Source of the DNA: a virus
DNA: 40,617 nucleotides
Virus record (IMG/VR): IMGVR_UViG_3300033074_001163
Span: 1 to 40,617 of that record
Strand: one strand, 5' to 3'
Below are positions 27,105 to 34,273 of the stretch, piece after piece; position 1 is the first letter of the stretch; each line of letters begins with the position of its first letter. Made by a program: the position numbers and the translations under genes. The notes under the pieces are model-generated. The model worked only from the letters and a program-made list of their open reading frames with translations. It had not been told where the DNA came from and made no database searches.

Positions 27105-28052
27105 ATGGCAAAATTAGGACAAATTTATAACTTAGATTCTTTCGATAATGCAAAGAATTTTTTTAAGTCTTTAGACTCTGCGGGTGGTGTTGTACTTGCA
27201 AGAAATCTAGAACATATTTCATCTGAAATTTTTGAGCAAAGAATTGCGGGATTATCATTCTTAACTGGAACTGGAATTGTTATCAATAATGAAGGTGGAT
27301 ACGCAAAAGCTATCACTAAGTTAAAATCTAACATTCAAGGTGATTTTAAAGACGCTGGTGACAATACTAACGGTAAAGGTAAAATTACTATGGGTATTGA
27401 AGATGATACGATGCCTGTGTTTATAAAAGAGGCTGTTTCTGATTGGTCTGAAACTGAATTAAATAGAGCTTCTTTAGAAAACAGAAATTTAGTTGCTGAA
27501 TATTTAAGAGGTCACGACCAAAAATATAAAGAACAAATTGATAGAATCGGTTACTTAGGTATCGAGGGTAAATCAAAAGGTTTATTAAATAATACTTTAT
27601 TTGCAAGTGGTGGTGCTACTGGTGTATTTAGTGGATTAACTGCACAAGAAATGCTTGACGAGGTTTCTACTTTAGTTCAAGACCAAAGAACATCAGTTTT
27701 AAACGATGAAATGTTTAGTGCTGATAAAGTTGCAGTACACCCTGATACTTACAACATTTTAAGCAAAACTTTTGTTAATACAGCAGGAAGCTTAACAACT
27801 GTTAGAGAAGCATTAGAAAGAACTTTAAATATTTCTTTTGTTATCACTTCAAAAGCTGATATTTCGGGAGTAAAAAGAATTGTTGCTTATTCTTCGCAAA
27901 GACAGGCGATCCAAATGAGGATACCAGTTGCATTAAAAATTTCTAACCAATATCAAATTGGTGGATTCAGATATGGAATTGAGTCTATGTTTGCAGTAGC
28001 TGGGACTGACATTATCGAATCATTATCAGGTAAGATATTGACAGGAGTTTAA
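27105..28052 (+). CDS. Major capsid protein (DUF2184 / encapsulin-like HK97 fold)
   Basis: 315 aa, in the capsid position, followed by a strong terminator. Confidence 0.7.
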   Translation: MAKLGQIYNLDSFDNAKNFFKSLDSAGGVVLARNLEHISSEIFEQRIAGLSFLTGTGIVINNEGGYAKAITKLKSNIQGDFKDAGDNTNGKGKITMGIEDDTMPVFIKEAVSDWSETELNRASLENRNLVAEYLRGHDQKYKEQIDRIGYLGIEGKSKGLLNNTLFASGGATGVFSGLTAQEMLDEVSTLVQDQRTSVLNDEMFSADKVAVHPDTYNILSKTFVNTAGSLTTVREALERTLNISFVITSKADISGVKRIVAYSSQRQAIQMRIPVALKISNQYQIGGFRYGIESMFAVAGTDIIESLSGKILTGV

Positions 28053-28057
28053 AAATA

Positions 28058-28083
28058 GGGAAGTTTAATCACTTCCCTTTTTT
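28058..28083. terminator. Bidirectional intrinsic terminator
   Basis: GGGAAGT 28058-28064 pairs with ACTTCCC 28071-28077, followed by T6. Confidence 0.75.
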
Positions 28084-28278
28084 ATTAAACAATCTTCTTA
28101 TTACATAACTTCTAACTAAACTTATCAAAGTAAAATATAAACCTATCAATAAATTATCACTCAATGGAATGTTAATGTCAAATAAAGGGAATATCAATAG
28201 TTGACTTAATAGAGCAGTTATATACCCTATTAATATATTAGTTAGTGATTCTATAAATGAGTTTAGTTTTGATTGCAT
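28069..28278 (-). CDS. Small two-TM membrane protein
   Basis: ILIGYITALLSQLLIFPLF and LLIGLYFTLISLV. ATGA-type overlap with the methyltransferase stop. Confidence 0.55.
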   Translation of the reverse strand: MQSKLNSFIESLTNILIGYITALLSQLLIFPLFDINIPLSDNLLIGLYFTLISLVRSYVIRRLFNKKGK

Positions 28279-29234
28279 TAATCAAATAGCCCTTTACTAT
28301 TTTGTCTTTCTCTTAATGCCATTTCCATATTTTTTGGTATCTGTTCGAAATACTCTTTTTTAAGTTCGCATAATATAGCTTTTCTACCCATTTTTAATGA
28401 TTGATAACCTTCGCTTCCAATTCCACCAAATGGAGTTAAAACTATATCTCCTTCATTTGTCCATAATTGCAATGCTCTCTCAATCACATCTAATTGAGTT
28501 GGAGTCATATGCTTTTCATCTTTTTCATTTCTATTAGAAGCTCTTTGTAAAGTTCTACTTGGGTTAATATCAAACCATACTGGACTCGCATATCTATTCC
28601 ATACATCAATACTAAATGCGTTTAATCTTCCTTTCTCAGGTTCATTTAATGAAGTAGGTGCATTTCCTTCATCACCAGCAAAATGAGTAAAACCTCCAGC
28701 TATTGGTTCTGTATTTTCTCCAGGTTTTCTCATAGTCACTAAATAATCAGCTAGAGCTTGTCTACTCATTGAGCTATCTTTTACAACTTGCTTATGTAAT
28801 AAACCTTGAGCTTTAGTTCGTTGCATTTGTATACCCGGATCTTTCCAAATACATACCTCTGAATGATAAATAAATCCACTCTCTTGGAATAGTCTAATTG
28901 TATCTCCTCTAAAATCTTTTAATCCAGTAAAACCATCTTTAAATTTTGAAGTAGGTAAATTAATAATGTGAAATGATAAAAGTCTTCCAGGCTTTAATGT
29001 TCGATACATTTCATCGACCATAAATCTAAATTGGTCAAAGAACTCTTTATCACTTGAAACATTTGATAAATCTCTTTTATTATTTGAGTAAATATAAAGT
29101 TCACTAAATGGTGGAGAAAAAATCATATAGTCGATACAATTAGAAGGTAAACCTTTCATAATATCAGTACTATCTCCATTATAACAAGCATATTCATTTT
29201 CTATAACTTGGTTTAAAACATTAACTTCTTGCAT
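28278..29234 (-). CDS. DNA methyltransferase (N4/N6 MTase family, beta-class motif order)
   Basis: Motif IV IFSPPF precedes motif I VLTPFGGIGSEG. Confidence 0.85.
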   Translation of the reverse strand: MQEVNVLNQVIENEYACYNGDSTDIMKGLPSNCIDYMIFSPPFSELYIYSNNKRDLSNVSSDKEFFDQFRFMVDEMYRTLKPGRLLSFHIINLPTSKFKDGFTGLKDFRGDTIRLFQESGFIYHSEVCIWKDPGIQMQRTKAQGLLHKQVVKDSSMSRQALADYLVTMRKPGENTEPIAGGFTHFAGDEGNAPTSLNEPEKGRLNAFSIDVWNRYASPVWFDINPSRTLQRASNRNEKDEKHMTPTQLDVIERALQLWTNEGDIVLTPFGGIGSEGYQSLKMGRKAILCELKKEYFEQIPKNMEMALRERQNSKGLFD

Positions 29235-29244
29235 CTTTTTATCC

Positions 29245-30630
29245 TTATATAAATTTTGGTAATATCATTTTAATTTGTGGTTGATAATCTTCGTTATCTA
29301 CATTTATAGCTTTTAACTCTTTTAGTGTCACTTGTTTAGTATGCTTAACACATTCATCTATCATTTGTAAAAATTGTTTTTCTTTTCTAGCTTGATTTTT
29401 CTTTACATTACCTTCAGCTTCACTTGTAACAATATGAACATTAACATCTTGTTTTTGCCCAAATCTATAGCATCTTCTTTCAGCTTGAAATACTTGCTCA
29501 AAACTATCACTTAATCCAGTAAATGCCATATTATTACAAATTTGAAAATTTAATCCCATTCCAAACATTGAAGGCTTAGCAATTAAGCACTTTATATTTC
29601 CTTTTGAAAATTCATTAGCACTTTTTATTTTATGCTCATCTTTATCAGCTCCTTTGACTTCTACGCTATTATTAATTAGCTTTTTTAAAGTTTCACTTTC
29701 TGCATTTAAGTCACACCATACTAACCAAATATCGTTACTATTATTTACTAAATCTGCAACTATTTGACATCGTTCTAATAAGCTGTTTCTTCTAGCTTCT
29801 CTCCTTTGATTTAAGTCAGTGGCATCAACAGAAAATAAAGCTCCATCACTTGCAGGACTTGGAACTATATGCTCAAAAGTATATTTATTAGGTAGCGAAT
29901 ATTTTTTATCTTCATCTTCACTATAACCTAAATCGCTTGGCTTTGTAAATACAGCACTCCATTTTGCCACCCATTCCCAAAACTTATCTTCTGCGTGCTT
30001 TTTTAATCTCCATTTGCCTTCATCACCCATTACATCATTTATAAAAAATAAACTTAACATTTCGGGACTTCTACAAACATTTAAAAATTCTACATGATTG
30101 CCTAGTTCAACAAAATCATTAGGAGCTGGTGTAGCACTACACGCTAATTTATATTGAGTAGTATTAAAACCTTCTACTATTTGATTTCTAACTTTTCCAG
30201 TAAACGATTTTAAAATGCTACTTTCATCTAGTACAATTCCACTAAATACTGATGGGTCAAATTTATGTAATTTTTCATAGTTAGTAATATTAACTCCATT
30301 AACTGCATCTTCTTGACTTTCACATAATTTGATATCTAAATTAAGTATAACTTTAGCTTCATTTACTGTTTGATTTGCAACACTTAAAGGTGCTAAAATC
30401 AATACTGGTTTATTAGTATATTTGTGTACTTGATTAGCCCATTCACTTTGCATTGCAGTTTTTCCAGTTCCAGTCATTGCAAATAGTGCAAACTTACCTT
30501 TTTTAAGTGCCAAATAAACTAAATCTTTTTGATATTCAAATAAATTAGAGTTTAAATCTTCTCTTTGAACTTCAACAGATTTATTTATAATTTTAAATTC
30601 TTTAGATTTTATAAAATCTTCATAAGTCAT
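29245..30630 (-). CDS. SNF2-family helicase
   Basis: Motif I AMTGTGKT, II VLDESS, VI QAERRCYRFGQKQDVNV. Confidence 0.85.
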   Translation of the reverse strand: MTYEDFIKSKEFKIINKSVEVQREDLNSNLFEYQKDLVYLALKKGKFALFAMTGTGKTAMQSEWANQVHKYTNKPVLILAPLSVANQTVNEAKVILNLDIKLCESQEDAVNGVNITNYEKLHKFDPSVFSGIVLDESSILKSFTGKVRNQIVEGFNTTQYKLACSATPAPNDFVELGNHVEFLNVCRSPEMLSLFFINDVMGDEGKWRLKKHAEDKFWEWVAKWSAVFTKPSDLGYSEDEDKKYSLPNKYTFEHIVPSPASDGALFSVDATDLNQRREARRNSLLERCQIVADLVNNSNDIWLVWCDLNAESETLKKLINNSVEVKGADKDEHKIKSANEFSKGNIKCLIAKPSMFGMGLNFQICNNMAFTGLSDSFEQVFQAERRCYRFGQKQDVNVHIVTSEAEGNVKKNQARKEKQFLQMIDECVKHTKQVTLKELKAINVDNEDYQPQIKMILPKFI

Positions 30631-30648
30631 CTCATTCCTTTCTCTTTT

Positions 30649-30666
30649 AATTCAAATAATTTTAAT
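30649..30666 (-). promoter_or_regulatory. Class B-like promoter-leader box upstream of the SNF2 gene
   Basis: Minus strand reads ATTAAAATTATTTGAATT, followed by AAAAGAGAAAGGAATGAG-ATG. Confidence 0.4.
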
Positions 30667-30697
30667 ATACATATGCTTAAACCTTTATAAAATTCTA

Positions 30698-30720
30698 TGC
30701 TATAATTAAAACAAAAAAGG
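30698..30720 (+). promoter_or_regulatory. Class A promoter-leader box
   Basis: TGCTATAATTAAAACAAAAAAGG. Confidence 0.55.
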
Positions 30721-30726
30721 AAAATT

Positions 30727-31041
30727 ATGTACAAAAAAAATATTGGAAATGTGTTTGAGATTGGTTCGCACAAGATAGATACTGAATTTTTTACTTTAGA
30801 TAAATTATCTGAAAGAGAAAAAAAGATACTTGATAATGCCATTAGATGCGGGATTATTGAAGTTATTGAGTCTGAAACTGAAAAATCTTTAGTTGAGTTA
30901 TATAATGAAGATAGAAACATTATAGATACTTTAAATCTAAAAGACTTAAAAAAGCTTTGTAAAGATTTAGATGTTAAGTTTACTAATGAAGCAGAAATTA
31001 GAGAACATTTAAAAATTATGGAAGTTTTAGAAGATAAATAA
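30727..31041 (+). CDS. Hypothetical protein
   Basis: 104 aa with balanced composition, preceded by a class A box. Preferred over the antisense ORF 30627..30920. Confidence 0.6.
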   Translation: MYKKNIGNVFEIGSHKIDTEFFTLDKLSEREKKILDNAIRCGIIEVIESETEKSLVELYNEDRNIIDTLNLKDLKKLCKDLDVKFTNEAEIREHLKIMEVLEDK

Positions 31042-31044
31042 TAG

Positions 31045-31335
31045 CTATAAAAAATCCCAAATATTGCTCTGATAAATAGTTTGGGATTTAGCTTTTAATC
31101 TTAATTGTTCGCTAGTATAAATAGCCTTATACTCACTAAACTCACTCATTTTAAAGTCTAACATTATATTAATCTCTTTTTCTACATTCTTTAATCTTAG
31201 ATTTTCAAAAAATATAATAAGACTTGACCGTCTATGCTTTGTAATATTTTTAAACTTTATGAAACTAGCTAACATTTCGATATTATCATCTAGTAAGCCA
31301 CATAAGAAATAATAATCGTTTATTAGTTGTTTCAA
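31045..31335 (-). CDS. Hypothetical protein
   Basis: 96-aa ORF. A 10-bp inverted repeat (31052-31061 with 31080-31089) lies at its 3' end. Confidence 0.55.
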   Translation of the reverse strand: MKQLINDYYFLCGLLDDNIEMLASFIKFKNITKHRRSSLIIFFENLRLKNVEKEINIMLDFKMSEFSEYKAIYTSEQLRLKAKSQTIYQSNIWDFL

Positions 31336-31345
31336 AGTTTTAACC

Positions 31346-31672
31346 TTAGTTTAATAGCTCAGGATTTTTGTATATGTTTCCTATGATACACTCACAAGTC
31401 CAATCATACAAATCTTGTATTTCATTATCAAACTCAACAACAAAGGCACCTTTTATAAATTTTACTTCTGCCCATCTTCCGCTATGCCCATCTAGCATAT
31501 AATCCCCCTCATAAATCTCGACTCCATTTTTATCTTTTAATCCCGTGTATTGCATAACATGCTTATCTTTTATCTCATTGATATAAAATGCTCTGCTTTC
31601 TTCATTTAATAAATTTAAATCAAAATAAGTAAAATCGCCTTTATAAAAAACTCTAAATTTAATCTCTCTCAC
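31346..31672 (-). CDS. YopX family protein
   Basis: REIKFRVF..MQYTGLKDKNGVEIYEGDYM..IGNIYKNPELL. GTG start with AGGAG upstream. Confidence 0.85.
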   Translation of the reverse strand: MREIKFRVFYKGDFTYFDLNLLNEESRAFYINEIKDKHVMQYTGLKDKNGVEIYEGDYMLDGHSGRWAEVKFIKGAFVVEFDNEIQDLYDWTCECIIGNIYKNPELLN

Positions 31673-31690
31673 TATTTTCTCCTCTTAAAA

Positions 31691-31706
31691 ATTAAAATAA
31701 TTTTAG
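31691..31706 (-). promoter_or_regulatory. Class B promoter-leader box
   Basis: Minus strand reads CTAAAATTATTTTAAT, followed by TTTTAAGAGGAG. Confidence 0.45.
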
Positions 31707-31737
31707 CTTAATTATTCATAAATTCAACTTAAAAATT

Positions 31738-31762
31738 TGTTATATAATAAAAATAAAAAGGA
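31738..31762 (+). promoter_or_regulatory. Class A promoter-leader box
   Basis: TGTTATATAATAAAAATAAAAAGGA. Confidence 0.6.
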
Positions 31763-31768
31763 TTAATT

Positions 31769-32119
31769 TTGATAACATCAACTGATTTTAAAATTAGATT
31801 TCCTGAGTTTGTAAGTGTATCGGATAGTAAAATAAATCTATTAATTGATGAAGCTTATTTATCTATTGGTGCTAATTATGGCAAGTTTCAAGATACAGCA
31901 GTATTATATTTTGTAGCTCATAATTTAGTTATTGAAACAAACGGATTAAGTGCTATGAGTGCAACTGTATCGAGTCAAAGTGTGGACGGCGTAAGTGTAT
32001 CTTATTCAATGCCTACAACTACAAATGAGATTAACGCTTATTATGGTTCAACTGGATATGGGCAAAAATATCTGTATTACTTTAATATAGTTAGAGTGGG
32101 ACAAGCTAGAATAGTATGA
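31769..32119 (+). CDS. Head-tail connector protein (DUF4054-like)
   Basis: TTG start. FKIRFPEF..AVLYFVAHNLV pattern. Confidence 0.6.
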   Translation: MITSTDFKIRFPEFVSVSDSKINLLIDEAYLSIGANYGKFQDTAVLYFVAHNLVIETNGLSAMSATVSSQSVDGVSVSYSMPTTTNEINAYYGSTGYGQKYLYYFNIVRVGQARIV

Positions 32120-32574
32120 AAAATGATAACTCTTTATTTGTAGCTTATGAAAAAAACTTACAGCAATTCAAGGATTCAGTTGTAAAAGCTGGAATACTTG
32201 CAAAAGATGGAAGTCAAAATCATAGCGAGGGTATTACAGTATTTCAAATTGGAATGATACACGAGTTCGGAGTACCTGAAAAAAACACACCTCGTAGAAG
32301 TTTTATAAGAGTACCTATTGAGAATAATATAAAAGAGATAACTAAGCTAATTGAAAACAATCATAAATTGGTTAGTGAAAATGCTATGAGTGCAAAAGTT
32401 GCATTAGATAGAATAGGAATAATGGCTCAAAATACAATTAAAGAGTCATTTAGAAATAACGATTGGAAGCCTAATAGTAGGGCAACAGTAAAAAGAAAAG
32501 GAAGTAGCAAACCTTTAATAGACACTGGGCAATTAATAGGCTCAATTAGTTATATAGTAGAAAAGGAAAGTTAA
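32116..32574 (+). CDS. Virion morphogenesis / head-tail joining protein (HK97 gp10 or Mu G-like)
   Basis: KRKGSSKPLIDTGQLIGSISY motif. Confidence 0.5.
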   Translation: MKNDNSLFVAYEKNLQQFKDSVVKAGILAKDGSQNHSEGITVFQIGMIHEFGVPEKNTPRRSFIRVPIENNIKEITKLIENNHKLVSENAMSAKVALDRIGIMAQNTIKESFRNNDWKPNSRATVKRKGSSKPLIDTGQLIGSISYIVEKES

Positions 32575-32894
32575 TGTTACCAAATCTTAGTCAAGTAGTA
32601 AACAATTTTAGTCAAACAGTAACGCTAAAAAAAACAACTCAAACGTTAGTAAATTATAAGCCAGTTAATACGATTGTAGAATCGCAAATCAAAGCTACTG
32701 TACAAGTTGCAAGTGATGAAACATTAAAAGTAAATGGATTAGATAATAGTAAATCTTACTTTACTATTCATAGCACAAGTGCTTTAAAGGTTAATGATAT
32801 AGTGGTTTATAAGGGTAAAAATTTAAAAGTAATTACGATTAGAGACAATTCGGATTATGGATTTTATAAAGCAATAGGGGAGCAGATAATATAA
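32574..32894 (+). CDS. Putative neck / head-closure protein
   Basis: 106 aa, beta-rich, in the position after the connector genes. Confidence 0.4.
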   Translation: MLPNLSQVVNNFSQTVTLKKTTQTLVNYKPVNTIVESQIKATVQVASDETLKVNGLDNSKSYFTIHSTSALKVNDIVVYKGKNLKVITIRDNSDYGFYKAIGEQII

Positions 32895-32898
32895 AAAA

Positions 32899-32986
32899 TG
32901 GAGGAAGATAAGGGATTCGAACCCTTGGAGGTTTTACCCTCAATAATTTAGCAAACTATCTTATTAAGCCACTCTAACAATCTTCC
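32899..32986 (-). tRNA. trnS: tRNA-Ser(GCU), type II with a long variable arm and an encoded CCA
   Basis: Acceptor GGAAGAT/ATCTTCC. D region AGUGG. Anticodon stem ATAGT/ATTAT with loop TTGCTAA. Variable arm GAGG-GTAAAA-CCTC. T arm AAGGG-TTCGAAT-CCCTT. Confidence 0.9.
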
Positions 32987-32992
32987 TAAATT

Positions 32993-33184
32993 TTATTTAT
33001 AGCCTTACTGATTTTAACAGTGATGTAGATAGGCGTGTAGCGACGCCTTGTTTTACTTCTTATCCAATAGCCATACCCAAACAGGGCAGCTCAGGTCTTG
33101 CCCGCACCACAGGTACTATGCTCTTAGTACCGAACAAGTTCTCTATCATCTGATTACATACCTAGTATGTGAAGCTATAAATAA
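32993..33184 (-). ncRNA. Unclassified structured RNA candidate of about 190 nt. The strand is not proven; minus is preferred because of likely co-transcription with the tRNA.
   Basis: An 11-bp closing helix pairs 32993-33003 with 33174-33184. Hairpins pair 33032-36 with 33043-47, 33084-89 with 33098-103, 33112-18 with 33125-31, and 33156-61 with 33165-70. A long-range helix pairs TTGTT 33048-52 with AACAA 33133-37. The region is GC-enriched and has no ORF. Confidence 0.5.
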
Positions 33185-33233
33185 CAATGCAATTTTACAT
33201 TATTAAATATTAATTTAGCCTTTATCTATTAGC

Positions 33234-33253
33234 TATAATAAAAATAAAAAAGG
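33234..33253 (+). promoter_or_regulatory. Class A promoter-leader box
   Basis: TATAATAAAAATAAAAAAGG. Confidence 0.6.
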
Positions 33254-33260
33254 TTTTTTT

Positions 33261-33743
33261 ATGATAAACATTCAAGTAGCAGATTTTACAAAAGCATTAA
33301 TGAATGATGAAAATTTAATTATCATTCTAGGGCGTGAAAATTTTGAAAATGTGGATTTTACTCAAGATATTATTTTGATTGACTCCTTGACTCCTGCAAG
33401 AAATATAAGTGCAACAGATAGTTACAACAGTACAGATGAAATACAAACATTTACAACTTATTTTAACCAATTATTTACTTTAGATTTTTACGGAGATAAT
33501 GCCTATGATAATGCTAATAAATTCATAGCTTTATTAAGAAGTGAAAAAGCTAATTGGTATTTAAAAGATTATAAACTATCAATGTTGAATGTTAATAGTA
33601 TGATTGATTTAAAAGACTTATTAGGTACTGATTATACAAATAGGTATCAAGTTGAAGTTAGTGTTAATTACTTTGTTAATGTTGATATTGATACGCTTAG
33701 AATTGATAGTGTGGAGTGGTCTATTCCTTTGATTGAGGAATAG
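33261..33743 (+). CDS. Putative tail terminator / neck protein
   Basis: 160 aa, upstream of the sheath gene. No family motif recognised. Confidence 0.35.
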   Translation: MINIQVADFTKALMNDENLIIILGRENFENVDFTQDIILIDSLTPARNISATDSYNSTDEIQTFTTYFNQLFTLDFYGDNAYDNANKFIALLRSEKANWYLKDYKLSMLNVNSMIDLKDLLGTDYTNRYQVEVSVNYFVNVDIDTLRIDSVEWSIPLIEE

Positions 33744-33753
33744 AGTCACACTT

Positions 33754-34155
33754 TTAAATAGTAGTTAGTTCTGTGATTTTTGTATTTCTTTTTTTAATTA
33801 CTGATGTATACGAAACTTCAACAACTCTTGTGTATTCGTATTCACTTCCACAAGTATCACATATATTGGTATCTTCATCAGAACACTCCCAACTATCAGA
33901 AAGTTTGTTTCCACAATAAGGGCAAGTTATTTCGTCACTTTGAAATATCTCATCTTCATCTATTGGCTGTTTTATATATTCAATAGTTACAAAATCTTTC
34001 TTTGTGTCGAAACTACAACATCCCGCAAGTTTTCCATTTATTTTAATTATACCATCTGGAAATTCTTTAATAGATTGTATTTCGCAAACAACATTAGGAA
34101 TAAACTCTTTATTATTTATTGTTTTTAAATAATCTTCCCATAAAATTACTTTCAT
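33754..34155 (-). CDS. Zinc-ribbon hypothetical protein
   Basis: CPYCGNK..CDTCGSEY. Preceded by a class B box. Confidence 0.6.
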   Translation of the reverse strand: MKVILWEDYLKTINNKEFIPNVVCEIQSIKEFPDGIIKINGKLAGCCSFDTKKDFVTIEYIKQPIDEDEIFQSDEITCPYCGNKLSDSWECSDEDTNICDTCGSEYEYTRVVEVSYTSVIKKRNTKITELTTI

Positions 34156-34176
34156 TTTCTCAACTCCTCTTAATTT

Positions 34177-34192
34177 ATTAAAATAATTTTAA
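34177..34192 (-). promoter_or_regulatory. Class B promoter-leader box
   Basis: Minus strand reads TTAAAATTATTTTAAT, followed by AAATTAAGAGGAG. Confidence 0.45.
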
Positions 34193-34239
34193 CAAACTAA
34201 ACATTAAATTATGATTAATTTTAAGGATTTTATTTTAGT

Positions 34240-34268
34240 TATAATTAGTAAAATTTATATATAAAGGA
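34240..34268 (+). promoter_or_regulatory. Class A-like promoter and RBS upstream of the sheath gene
   Basis: TATAAT 34240-34245 and AAAGGA 34263-34268. Confidence 0.45.
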
Positions 34269-34273
34269 AAAAT

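Noticed and set aside
30627-30920. Track ORF on the minus strand upstream of the SNF2 gene
   Set aside because: Its composition is low-complexity and Ser/Phe/Ile-rich, typical of an antisense frame. It overlaps the better-supported plus ORF 30727..31041, which has a class A box and RBS.
33130-33160. A hammerhead-like CUGAUGA core in the structured RNA
   Set aside because: The minus strand has only CAGAUGA. The remaining conserved hammerhead elements are absent.
32899-33184. The tRNA plus adjacent structured block as an attP/integration module or a retron msr-msd
   Set aside because: The tRNA is complete, with its own CCA. No integrase or reverse transcriptase ORF exists anywhere in the window.
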